Virus record (IMG/VR): IMGVR_UViG_3300025319_000008
Location: 1 to 42,432 of that record
Length of the DNA: 42,432 nucleotides
Origin: a virus
Taxonomy: Duplodnaviria; Heunggongvirae; Uroviricota; Caudoviricetes
Direction: 5' to 3' (one strand)
Shown piece by piece: positions 26,232 to 35,175 of this stretch (position 1 is its first letter; each line of letters opens with the position of its first letter). The notes beneath the pieces were generated by a model, which worked only from the letters and a program-made list of their open reading frames with translations, was not told where the DNA came from and made no database searches. The translations under genes were made by a program, and so were the position numbers.

Positions 26232-26756
26232 ATGGAACCAACAAAAGAAATATCAAGAGAACGAATAAGTTCAGGGTTTTTAAAACTCGATAGTGTAAAT
26301 TACAAACGTGGTGATAAAGAATTCAAACGTGAAATCATAAATCGAGGAGATGCTGTTGCTGCTTCTTTATACAATACCAGTACAAAAAAATTTATCTTCG
26401 TAAAACAATTTAGACCCGGTGTTGGAGAAGATTTAATTGAAATAATTGCCGGCACAATGGATGTTGAAGGAGAAACACCTCAAAAGTGCTTAGAGAGGGA
26501 AATTTTAGAGGAAACCGGATATATAATGTCTTCATGTAAATTAATATGTTCTGCTTATTCTTCACCCGGCGGTTCAACAGAAAAGATTCATATTTTTAAC
26601 GCGATTACAGATGGCTCAAGAAAAGGCAAAGGTGGAGGCGTGGGTGATGAAGGAATAGAAATTATTGAATATTCTCTTCAAGAGCTAAATCAAAATATAG
26701 AAATGTTATCAAGCGATTTAAAAACAGCAATGGCTTTCGCTTCTATGATAGTTTAA
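26232..26756 (+). CDS. Nudix hydrolase, ADP-ribose pyrophosphatase (NudF)-like
   Basis: Nudix box AGTMDVEGETPQKCLEREILEETG; VKQFRP and SPGGSTEKIHIF are typical of the ADPRase subfamily. Confidence 0.85.
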   Translation: MEPTKEISRERISSGFLKLDSVNYKRGDKEFKREIINRGDAVAASLYNTSTKKFIFVKQFRPGVGEDLIEIIAGTMDVEGETPQKCLEREILEETGYIMSSCKLICSAYSSPGGSTEKIHIFNAITDGSRKGKGGGVGDEGIEIIEYSLQELNQNIEMLSSDLKTAMAFASMIV

Positions 26757-26776
26757 ATCTAAAAAAACAAACAAAA

Positions 26777-26938
26777 ATGGCATACATCGTAAGAACACAA
26801 GATTTAGAGTTGATGAAAAAACAGTTATTAATCAATAACAGAATTTTATCAAAACAGAAGTCAACTCCAGTAATTACAAAAACAATTAAAGGCAATATTA
26901 AATTAATCAAGTTCTTAGAACTTAATTACTATATCTAA
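26777..26938 (+). CDS. Small hypothetical protein, 53 aa, not in ORF track
   Basis: MAYIVRTQDLELMKKQ...LNYYI fills the gap and ends 1 nt before the next ATG. Confidence 0.55.
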   Translation: MAYIVRTQDLELMKKQLLINNRILSKQKSTPVITKTIKGNIKLIKFLELNYYI

Positions 26939-26939
26939 A

Positions 26940-27281
26940 ATGGAAAAACCAGAAATAACGCTTGACGACTTAGGGCTCATTGAGGAAAAGTTAGAAATAC
27001 GCATTGGGCAGATAATGGCTGCTGAAATTATTCCAAAGAGTTTTGGATTAAAGCTCACAGTTATATTTGGAGAAAATGAAAGCGATGAAAAAACATCATT
27101 CACTAATCTTGGAAAATTTTTTAAACCAGAAGATTTTATTGGATTGTTATGTCCATTTATAACAAACTTAGCTCCGGCAGAAATTAAGGGTGTTAAAAGC
27201 GAAGTTATGATTATGGTAGCTAAGGATAAAAATGGTAAAATTGATTTAAGTAATTATTCCATTGGCTCTAACTTGATGTGA
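26940..27281 (+). CDS. Stand-alone tRNA-binding OB-fold protein (Trbp111/CsaA/MetRS C-terminal-like)
   Basis: LEIRIGQI, LKLTVIFG, ITNLAPAEIKGVKSEVMI. Confidence 0.85.
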   Translation: MEKPEITLDDLGLIEEKLEIRIGQIMAAEIIPKSFGLKLTVIFGENESDEKTSFTNLGKFFKPEDFIGLLCPFITNLAPAEIKGVKSEVMIMVAKDKNGKIDLSNYSIGSNLM

Positions 27282-27730
27282 TTATGGAAGACTTGAAATT
27301 GAATATTGAGTTTGATGTCATTGACAAATCTAACGAAGCTCATAAAAATGATATTGTTATTAAAGAAGGAAAAATCTGGAAAGACGATAAGATAATAGAA
27401 CTTGAATTTGGTAATCTCGAACAAATAAGAGTGTTACGTAAGTACTCAAAAAAAATTGAGGAATTTATTATTGGAGTTCGTCCAGATTATCATTACGAAG
27501 TTACTGGAACAGCGTCATTTAATTGTATATGTGGAAGGAAGGTTGAAATTTCAAGAATTGATGCAGAGAATGAAGATGATATAGAATGCTTTGAAGACCA
27601 AACAAAACGTTGTTATTCATGTAAGCGTAATTATGAATTTATTATAAGAAGAGAATATAGGAAGCACGGAGAAAGAAATTTTGTTCATCATATGCATTTA
27701 CTCGTTGTGTTAACAGACAAAAAAGATTAA
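27278..27730 (+). CDS. Hypothetical protein with CxC...CxxC zinc-ribbon motif
   Basis: CICG...CYSC. Confidence 0.7.
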   Translation: MIMEDLKLNIEFDVIDKSNEAHKNDIVIKEGKIWKDDKIIELEFGNLEQIRVLRKYSKKIEEFIIGVRPDYHYEVTGTASFNCICGRKVEISRIDAENEDDIECFEDQTKRCYSCKRNYEFIIRREYRKHGERNFVHHMHLLVVLTDKKD

Positions 27731-27732
27731 AC

Positions 27733-28050
27733 ATGAGATTTGAATTTGAAACTGATTTAGAAGATTTAGACGAAAGAAGCGAATTTGCTAATGCGGTTTG
27801 CAAATTAATAGTTGACAAAAACAATGGTAATTTAATTAACTCTCTGAATGAAGTTGGAGATATTTATGATATGTTTTTCATAAGCGTAAGAAATATATAC
27901 GAATTGGTTGATTCTGAAATTCCTTTATTTGCTTTGTATGAGTTGCATAAATTTGGTGCAGATAATTTAGGATTAACACCAGAAGAATTTAAACAAGCTA
28001 AACAAAGTTCTATGCTGGCATGTTCTGAATATTACTTAGAAACAAAATAA
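27733..28050 (+). CDS. Hypothetical protein
   Basis: 105-aa ORF in the gene chain. Confidence 0.7.
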   Translation: MRFEFETDLEDLDERSEFANAVCKLIVDKNNGNLINSLNEVGDIYDMFFISVRNIYELVDSEIPLFALYELHKFGADNLGLTPEEFKQAKQSSMLACSEYYLETK

Positions 28051-28055
28051 TAAAC

Positions 28056-28262
28056 ATGCCTTTTAAATTAGCAAAAATATATTATAAACTAAAAGAATAC
28101 TATCAACTGTTTTTAGGAACCCTTTTATTGATTGATGTAATTTTAATTATAGTTATGATACCAATGGGTGACCCATTTTATGCAATTGTATTTTATTCTA
28201 CTCTTTTTTTGTTTGCAAATTTAATAGTTGGTATGGTTTTTAAAGAATTAAAAAATAAATGA
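28056..28262 (+). CDS. Small membrane protein with two hydrophobic helices
   Basis: 68-aa ORF with two TM-like stretches. Confidence 0.65.
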   Translation: MPFKLAKIYYKLKEYYQLFLGTLLLIDVILIIVMIPMGDPFYAIVFYSTLFLFANLIVGMVFKELKNK

Positions 28263-28263
28263 C

Positions 28264-28791
28264 ATGTCGTATTGCGTAGTAGATTGTGAGGCCGATGGCG
28301 AAATTCCGTATAAATATTCAATGGTGTGTTTCGGAGCTGTAATTGTTGATGAGAAACTCGACAAAACTTTTTATGGTAAAACAAAACCAATATCCCAAAT
28401 TTGGATACCAGATGCATTAGCAGTATCCGGATTTTCTCGTGAAGAACATGAAAAATTTGATGAACCGGTAAAAGTAATGCAGGAATTTGCAGATTGGCTC
28501 AAATTAAACTCAAATGGTAAACCAACTTTTATTTCTGATAACCCGGCTTTTGATTTTTCTTGGATAAATTATTATTTTCATATGTATTATGGCAGTAATC
28601 CTTTTGGGTTCTCAGCTCGGAGAATAGGAGATTTATATTGTGGATTGATGAAGGATGCTGGAAAAAACAGTGAGTGGAAAAGAAAATATCGCATGACTAA
28701 GCACACGCACGCTCCGGTTGATGACGCAAAAGGAAATGCTGAAGCTCTTTTAGCATTTAGAGATAAATTAGGTCTTAAAATTCATTTTTAA
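28264..28791 (+). CDS. DEDDh 3'-5' exo(ribo)nuclease, Rv2179c/RNase AS-like
   Basis: VDCEADG, SDNPAFDF, HTHAPVDDA. Confidence 0.85.
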   Translation: MSYCVVDCEADGEIPYKYSMVCFGAVIVDEKLDKTFYGKTKPISQIWIPDALAVSGFSREEHEKFDEPVKVMQEFADWLKLNSNGKPTFISDNPAFDFSWINYYFHMYYGSNPFGFSARRIGDLYCGLMKDAGKNSEWKRKYRMTKHTHAPVDDAKGNAEALLAFRDKLGLKIHF

Positions 28792-28815
28792 GATTTAAAG
28801 TGTTATGTTTGCACC

Positions 28816-29094
28816 ATGACATATACAGAATTTTTAAAAAACCCATGGTACGCTTCTGTTATTGTGTTTATTACTCAGATAATTTTCATTTATATGAGAA
28901 CAATAAATGTTATTTACACAACAGAAAGACGTATCTGGCCTACAATAATTTCAAATTTAGGAATATCAATAACTTGGTTACTTTCTGTTGGAATAACTAC
29001 AAAATCAGTTCTCGACGGTTCTTGGCAACCAATTTTGGCTTACTTGATTGGTGGCACCGTTGGTACTTATTTTGGAATTAAAAAAGATATTTAA
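28816..29094 (+). CDS. Small membrane protein, DUF5698/DUF2179-like
   Basis: IYMRTINV...AYLIGGTVGTYFG; three hydrophobic segments. Confidence 0.65.
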   Translation: MTYTEFLKNPWYASVIVFITQIIFIYMRTINVIYTTERRIWPTIISNLGISITWLLSVGITTKSVLDGSWQPILAYLIGGTVGTYFGIKKDI

Positions 29095-29109
29095 AACATT
29101 TTACAAAAC

Positions 29110-29122
29110 AATCCGTTTAATA
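29110..29122 (+). promoter_or_regulatory. Candidate phage-specific promoter motif AATCCGTTTAATA
   Basis: Exact match to 13095-13107. Confidence 0.5.
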
Positions 29123-29144
29123 TATAAACTTAATTAAAAACATC

Positions 29145-29393
29145 ATGGGCGTAATGTCTTGTTCGAGAAGAAATTGCGAAAGCATAATGTGTGACTGTTA
29201 TGTTCCTGATATTGGATATATTTGTAATGAATGTCAAAATGAATTTAAGGAAATCTCAACTATAGGGAATCTAACTCATACTGAATTGGAAATTCGTGTG
29301 GAATTAGAAGAATTCATGAAAACTCCTAAAAATGATTATGATAACGAAAAAGATATAACTGCAGATGAATTTTTTAGAAACCACTCAAAATAA
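29145..29393 (+). CDS. Cys-rich hypothetical protein
   Basis: CSRRNC..IMCDC...YICNEC. Confidence 0.7.
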   Translation: MGVMSCSRRNCESIMCDCYVPDIGYICNECQNEFKEISTIGNLTHTELEIRVELEEFMKTPKNDYDNEKDITADEFFRNHSK

Positions 29394-29399
29394 AACAAC

Positions 29400-29561
29400 A
29401 TGAATATTTTATCATTTAATGAAATAATAAAATTTAAAACGGTTAAGATGAACCGGAATAATTATTGGTTATTGGAATTGATATATGGAGATTGTGCATA
29501 TGATAAAACTGCAAAATTTCAATTACCTCATAATATTGTGTTAAACAAACTAAAAAGATAA
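29400..29561 (+). CDS. Small hypothetical protein, 53 aa
   Basis: Own translation MNILSFNEIIKF...KLKR; fills the gap. Confidence 0.5.
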   Translation: MNILSFNEIIKFKTVKMNRNNYWLLELIYGDCAYDKTAKFQLPHNIVLNKLKR

Positions 29562-29563
29562 TT

Positions 29564-29758
29564 ATGTACGTAATCGAAATAAGGCAAGTGGCAGAATCTA
29601 TAACTGGATTGGTTTCAAAAGGTGGAAAAGTCCTAAAGTTTGATGACGAATCTAAAGCAAGGATATTTGGCAAAGAAAATATTGAAAAATCAAGATACAT
29701 TGCTTGTTGGGAAGCCATTACTGAAAACACTGCAAAAATAAGAGGACACGAAATTTAA
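29564..29758 (+). CDS. Hypothetical protein
   Basis: 64-aa ORF. Confidence 0.6.
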   Translation: MYVIEIRQVAESITGLVSKGGKVLKFDDESKARIFGKENIEKSRYIACWEAITENTAKIRGHEI

Positions 29759-29763
29759 TAGCA

Positions 29764-29895
29764 ATGGACAGAGATAAAACAAAAGAATATATTAATGAAT
29801 ATGAAAAATTCTCCATTGTAACATTTTGGCAAGAAGAAATACCAAAAGTTGCACAAGCCGGCTGGTGCCATAAAGTAATTGATAAAAAACAATAA
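29764..29895 (+). CDS. Small hypothetical protein, 43 aa
   Basis: Own translation MDRDKTKEYINE...DKKQ; ends 1 nt before the YqeY ATG. Confidence 0.5.
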   Translation: MDRDKTKEYINEYEKFSIVTFWQEEIPKVAQAGWCHKVIDKKQ

Positions 29896-29896
29896 C

Positions 29897-30358
29897 ATGA
29901 CAAACATAAAACAAGACATCCTTAAAGACATGAAGGATGCTATGAAAGAAAAAAACACATCCAAGTTAGAAGCTTTAAGAGCTATGAAAGGAGCTATCGA
30001 TAAATTTGAAAAAGAAAATACAATTCCGGAAGTTGAATTATCGTCTGCAAATTATGTAACAGCGTTTAGACCACTCGTTAAACAGAGATTGGATAGTATT
30101 GAGCAATTCAAAGTTGCAGGAAATGAAGAGCTTGCAGGTAAAGAGCAATCTGAGCTTGATGTTATTAATTCTTATCTTATAAATATTCAACCCAAACAAA
30201 TGGATAGCTCTGAAATAAAAAGCATTGTTAAAAAATTTGTATCTGAAAATTCTTTAATAAAATCAGATATGGGCAAGGTTATGTCTTTTTTTAAATCAAA
30301 CTATGAAGGACAATACGACGGAAAAGAATTGAGTATTTTAGTTAAAAAAGTTTTATAA
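29897..30358 (+). CDS. yqeY: GatB/YqeY domain protein
   Basis: DMKDAMKEK, ALRAMKGAI, KQRLDSIEQF, ELAGKEQSEL, DMGKVM, DGKELS. Confidence 0.9.
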   Translation: MTNIKQDILKDMKDAMKEKNTSKLEALRAMKGAIDKFEKENTIPEVELSSANYVTAFRPLVKQRLDSIEQFKVAGNEELAGKEQSELDVINSYLINIQPKQMDSSEIKSIVKKFVSENSLIKSDMGKVMSFFKSNYEGQYDGKELSILVKKVL

Positions 30359-30365
30359 TAAACAC

Positions 30366-31010
30366 ATGACAACATCACAATTTATAAAAATGTTACAAGA
30401 TGCAGATCCAAGTGGAATAGCACATATAAGAATGTCTGGTGGAGTACCAAAATACGCAGAATTAAAACCGGGATATTGGGACGGTCCATATCAATATATT
30501 GATGATGACGGAAATTGGGTATATTCATCTATGAACAATAAAGTAGATATCTGGACAGAAGAAATAGAGGATTATATTGGAGAAATGCTTGATACTTACA
30601 ATACTCCACCATGGGATGAGATAAAGAAAAAATTTAAATTTGAACTAACTTCATCGCCTGAACTAAATAAGGAAAGAGAAGACAAAATTTTAAAAGAAGC
30701 AAAATCTGCTTATGATGATTTAGTAGAAATATACAAACGTTTCAGAGAAGAAGGAGAAGCTCGAGCAATTAAAAATGCAAATGATGGTTGGACATGGTTT
30801 CAAAACAAACTCGTTGATGACAATACAATCGAATCTAATCAACACCATTATTATACATGGAAGATTTATGATAAACCAACATTAATGGGATTGATAAAAA
30901 AAGAACAAAGTTCTAATTCGCACAATGTAGAAGCTGTTTATAAATCAGGCTTATTTGAAAGAGTCGATAACAACAAGATGCCCGGATACTATGAATGGAT
31001 AAAAAAATAA
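30366..31010 (+). CDS. Hypothetical protein, 214 aa
   Basis: Long ORF; no motif recognised. Confidence 0.78.
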   Translation: MTTSQFIKMLQDADPSGIAHIRMSGGVPKYAELKPGYWDGPYQYIDDDGNWVYSSMNNKVDIWTEEIEDYIGEMLDTYNTPPWDEIKKKFKFELTSSPELNKEREDKILKEAKSAYDDLVEIYKRFREEGEARAIKNANDGWTWFQNKLVDDNTIESNQHHYYTWKIYDKPTLMGLIKKEQSSNSHNVEAVYKSGLFERVDNNKMPGYYEWIKK

Positions 31011-31013
31011 ATA

Positions 31014-31304
31014 ATGAAAAATTATAAATTAGAAAAATTACAAAACGGTGAAACATTCACCACGAGCGAAAGAGGAAATTCAATGGTTCCTTTAATAAAG
31101 TCTGGACAAGAACATAGACTTGAACCGGCAACGGTTGAAAGCGTTGAAGTTGGAGACATTGTCTATGCAAAAGTAAAGGGGAATTTTTATACGCATTTAG
31201 TAAAAGCAAAAGAGCCACAAAGAGGTTGTCTTATCGGAAATAATAAAGGCGGAATAAATGGCTGGACGAAAGCAGTTTATGGAAAAGTTATTGAGGTGCT
31301 TTAA
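31014..31304 (+). CDS. S24/S26 peptidase-like small protein
   Basis: GNSMVPLI, VGDIV, YTHLV. Confidence 0.65.
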   Translation: MKNYKLEKLQNGETFTTSERGNSMVPLIKSGQEHRLEPATVESVEVGDIVYAKVKGNFYTHLVKAKEPQRGCLIGNNKGGINGWTKAVYGKVIEVL

Positions 31305-31328
31305 ATTAAAACAATAATAAAAAATATC

Positions 31329-33236
31329 ATGAACAAAATAGAACAACTTAAAAAAGAAATAGCAGAAGCTAATTTGGCTTACCGTACCGGCGAATCTATA
31401 ATTTTAGACTCTGAGTATGATGACCTAATAGAAGAATTGGAACAACTCGCTCCACATGATGAGCTTTTAAAAAAAATAGGTCATACACCAATTGATGAAT
31501 CCAGAAAAAGGAAGTTGCCAATAACTATGGCTTCTATGAATAAAATAAAAACATTAGAAGAATATAAAGACTGGCTTAGATTGAAAAAAATTCCGGAAGA
31601 TACAATTATGATTTGTACTCCTAAGTTTGATGGACTGTCCTTATGTACACTTGAATCAAATGGAGATGCTTGGACAAGAGGTGATGGCGTAGAAGGCCAA
31701 TTATCTACTGAACATTTAAGAATAATAAATCCAAAACAATCAAAGCAAGATTTTTATTCAGTCGGGGAAGTTATAATGAGTAAAAAAAATTGGGAAAGAG
31801 TTAAGAATATTATAAACCCAAGAACAGGAAAACCATATAAAAATCCAAGAAATATGGCTGCCGGTAAAATGAATGATAAACATCCATCACCAACTTTAAA
31901 AGATTTTAGTTATGTGAGATACGGATTAATCGGAGGAGTCTATCAAACATCAAATAAAGAGGAACAAATCATAGTTTTAAATGAATTGAATGACCATCAA
32001 GTAAAATATAAAAAAATAGAAGCCGGTAAAATAACAACAGAAATGCTTGTTGATTTATATAAAGAATGGTTGGTAGAGTTTGAGATTGATGGAATTATTA
32101 TTGAAATTAATGATTCTAAATTAAGAGAAAAATTAGGTCGTGAAACAAGTACTGAAAATCCTTGTTATGCAAGAGCTTTCAAAAGTGGAAGTTTTGAAAT
32201 GACTAAAGAATCTAAAATATTAGGATTGATTCGTCAGGTTTCAAAACTTGGTTATCTTAAACCTGTAGCTCAAATCGAACCAACTGAATTGGATGGAGCT
32301 ACTGTCCGTAGAGTTACTTGTATTAATGAAAAATTTGTTGTTGGATATAAAATACATGTTGGTTCTAAAATAAAGGTGAAACGAAGTGGAATGGTTATAC
32401 CACTAATTACAGAGGTTGATGGTGTTAAAGTTGAAAAAGATAAAAAAGGAGATTTTATTTTTCCATACGATGATAATAAGTTGACTATTCACAAATGTCC
32501 AATTTGTAATGGGGAAGTTACATGGAATGAAAATAAAGTAGAAGCAATTTGTACAAATCCTAAATGCGTTGGTATTAACTTGGGTAAAATTATTTCCTTT
32601 TTTGAAATATTAGAAGTGGATGGAGTTGGAGAGGGTGTGTGTGAAATTTTATTCAATTCAGGATACGATACAATTGAAAAGATTTTGAAAATGTCTGAAA
32701 AAGATATGTTTTCTTTGGAAGGGTTTGCAGAACGTAAATCAGAGAAAACTTTTGAAAATATTCATTCTAAATTAAGAGACATATCATTATCGAAATTACA
32801 ACACGCTTCCGGATGCTTTCCTGGACTTGGCAGTAAGAAACTTTTATTACTTGAGCATTTTGAAAATTTACCTTCTGCTGAAGAAATAATAAAAATAGGT
32901 GGTTTTTCAGATATAAGTGCAAAAGCGTATTTGGACGGAATTAATAACTTTAATAATTTTATAAAAAATCTACCAATAACAATTAAAAAAACAGAAAAGA
33001 TTATGGCTAAAACAAATTCATTAGAAGGACAGGTTTATGTCTTTACTGGAGTCAGGAGAAAAGACTTAGAAGCAATAATTCAAGAGAAGGGGGGAAAAAT
33101 AGGAAGTGGAATTTCTAAAACCAGCACATGTCTTGTAATGGCCGAAAAAGGAAGCGGATCAGCAAAAGAAATTAAAGCAGAACAACTTGGACAAAGAATA
33201 ATTACTGTTCAAGAATTGGAGAATGAATTGAAATAG
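31329..33236 (+). CDS. ligA: NAD+-dependent DNA ligase
   Basis: N-terminal Ia-like AY...DSEYD, KFDG, TRGDG, NPRNMAAG, EIDGII, C4 zinc finger, HhH repeats, C-terminal BRCT (YVFTG...KGGK). Confidence 0.95.
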   Translation: MNKIEQLKKEIAEANLAYRTGESIILDSEYDDLIEELEQLAPHDELLKKIGHTPIDESRKRKLPITMASMNKIKTLEEYKDWLRLKKIPEDTIMICTPKFDGLSLCTLESNGDAWTRGDGVEGQLSTEHLRIINPKQSKQDFYSVGEVIMSKKNWERVKNIINPRTGKPYKNPRNMAAGKMNDKHPSPTLKDFSYVRYGLIGGVYQTSNKEEQIIVLNELNDHQVKYKKIEAGKITTEMLVDLYKEWLVEFEIDGIIIEINDSKLREKLGRETSTENPCYARAFKSGSFEMTKESKILGLIRQVSKLGYLKPVAQIEPTELDGATVRRVTCINEKFVVGYKIHVGSKIKVKRSGMVIPLITEVDGVKVEKDKKGDFIFPYDDNKLTIHKCPICNGEVTWNENKVEAICTNPKCVGINLGKIISFFEILEVDGVGEGVCEILFNSGYDTIEKILKMSEKDMFSLEGFAERKSEKTFENIHSKLRDISLSKLQHASGCFPGLGSKKLLLLEHFENLPSAEEIIKIGGFSDISAKAYLDGINNFNNFIKNLPITIKKTEKIMAKTNSLEGQVYVFTGVRRKDLEAIIQEKGGKIGSGISKTSTCLVMAEKGSGSAKEIKAEQLGQRIITVQELENELK

Positions 33237-33278
33237 ATAAATCTTCAACGTTTTTATAAAACTTAAAAAAATAAAGTT

Positions 33279-35135
33279 ATGAAAGTAAAAATATCAATGG
33301 CTCAGATAAGATGCATAACTGGGGATTTGCAAGGTAACACTGAACGAATCGTAGAAGGTATTCAAAAAGCAATTGATGATAATGCTGATATTGTTTTGTT
33401 CCAAGAAACAGCAATTTCGGGGTATTGTTGTGGTTCACTATTTAATCAAGCTCATTTCATTGATTATAATATTAAATTTCTCGAAAAAAACGTAGTCCCT
33501 ATGGTTCCAGATAATCTGGTTGTTGTAGTTGGATTTGTTGATAAAAACGGAACCAACAGAGATGGATATCCGGAATTGTTCAATTCTGTTGCAGTTATTC
33601 AAAATAAAAAAATTGTAGGAACTTATAATAAAATGTTGCTTGCTAATGGTTCTCATCATGAAGATAGAAAGTATTTTACTCCAGGTGCTTTTTCGAAGGT
33701 TTTTGAAGTTAATATACGTGGAGAGAAAATCAAAATTGGGTGTCCAATATGTGAAGATGTATGGTTTCACGAACATAATGAAGATATTGTTCAACGCATG
33801 AAATCAGATGGGGCAAAAATAATTTTATGTCCAAATCAAAGTTATTTTTATTATGGAAAACAAGAAGTTCGCAGAAAACTTTTTAGTGAACAAGCTTATA
33901 AAAATGAAATTCCATTTGTTGCCGTAAATTCTGTCGGTTTGGGTGATCTAACTAAGAATATAATTATTTTCGACGGTGGGTCAATGGCTTTTGACCAATA
34001 CGGAAATATGGTTGCTAAAGCAAAAAGTTTTTCAGAAGATTTTGTTAATGTTGAATTTGATTTAGAGTTTGATAAAAATAAAAAAACAACATCTAATCCG
34101 GATGCAATTTCAGATGCAATGAGAAATGTGTGGTTTGATAAATGTGAAGAAATTTTTAACGCTTTAGTTTATGAGCAAAAAGAATTATTTTCTTTGCTCG
34201 GATTTAAGAAGGCTCAAATACATATGAGTGGCGGACTGGATAGTAGCGTGGTTTTTCCAATTTTAGTTGAAGCTATGGGAAAAGAAAATGTTATTGCTAT
34301 TTCAAATCCAACGAAATGCAATGGTGATATTACAAAATCAAATGCGCAGTTTATTTGTGATGCTCTCGGTGTAAAATTATATTGGAACTCCATGGAAGAA
34401 CCATATAATGCATTAGTAAGTAGTTTCGAAAAAGCTTTTAATGAGGAGCCAAGTTCTGGCGCAAAAGCATCAATGCAAGCAGTAGGAAGAACTGTACAAG
34501 GACTTTCAGCATCACATTTATTTGGTAGTGGAATTGTAGCCACTGGAAACCACTCAGAAATCGTATTGTCCTGGTCGTCATTCCATGATATAGGCTCAAT
34601 TGGCGTTCATTCCATTATTGGAGACCTTACAAAAATGGAAGTTTTTGAAATGGCAAAATATATAAATAAAAGATTTAAAAAAGAAATTATACCAATAAAT
34701 TTATTGGATTTTTCTATGCCACCAGCTGCTGAACTTCCAGATGCTAAGTATGACCCATTTGATTATTGGTTGGTTTCCGGAATATGTGCCGAAATTATAC
34801 GTGAGAGAAAAGATATTCAAGATTTGATTTTCGAGTATCAAAATAAAAAACTTAATACAGAATATTTTCCTTTATATCCAGACGGACGTTCAATTTATGA
34901 AACAATTAATGAAGAACAATTTATTGATGCTGTTGATATGTGTTTTAAAAAATCACAGTCTTCTGTTTTTAAAGCAGCTCAAAGTGCACCAATAGTAATG
35001 ATTTCTCCTAGAAGTCGCGGATTTTCGAGTCGAGAAACCATTATAAATTTTTATGCCGGTGCTTATGAATTTGTAGAAACAAAAATGATTGAATTAAATG
35101 TGAAGAAATTACGCTCACATATTGCTGTTGAATAA
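33279..35135 (+). CDS. nadE: Glutamine-dependent NAD+ synthetase
   Basis: Nitrilase domain with E-K-C triad (FQETAISGY, YNKMLL, ICEDVW) fused to a synthetase domain (SGGLDSSV, ATGNHSE). Confidence 0.93.
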   Translation: MKVKISMAQIRCITGDLQGNTERIVEGIQKAIDDNADIVLFQETAISGYCCGSLFNQAHFIDYNIKFLEKNVVPMVPDNLVVVVGFVDKNGTNRDGYPELFNSVAVIQNKKIVGTYNKMLLANGSHHEDRKYFTPGAFSKVFEVNIRGEKIKIGCPICEDVWFHEHNEDIVQRMKSDGAKIILCPNQSYFYYGKQEVRRKLFSEQAYKNEIPFVAVNSVGLGDLTKNIIIFDGGSMAFDQYGNMVAKAKSFSEDFVNVEFDLEFDKNKKTTSNPDAISDAMRNVWFDKCEEIFNALVYEQKELFSLLGFKKAQIHMSGGLDSSVVFPILVEAMGKENVIAISNPTKCNGDITKSNAQFICDALGVKLYWNSMEEPYNALVSSFEKAFNEEPSSGAKASMQAVGRTVQGLSASHLFGSGIVATGNHSEIVLSWSSFHDIGSIGVHSIIGDLTKMEVFEMAKYINKRFKKEIIPINLLDFSMPPAAELPDAKYDPFDYWLVSGICAEIIRERKDIQDLIFEYQNKKLNTEYFPLYPDGRSIYETINEEQFIDAVDMCFKKSQSSVFKAAQSAPIVMISPRSRGFSSRETIINFYAGAYEFVETKMIELNVKKLRSHIAVE

Positions 35136-35144
35136 AAAATATAT

Positions 35145-35152
35145 TACATTTG
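35145..35152 (+). promoter_or_regulatory. Bacteroidota-type -7 box TACATTTG
   Basis: TAnnTTTG(CA) in the gap before the IMPDH/GMPR gene. Confidence 0.6.
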
Positions 35153-35175
35153 CATTATAAAACTAATGATAATAT

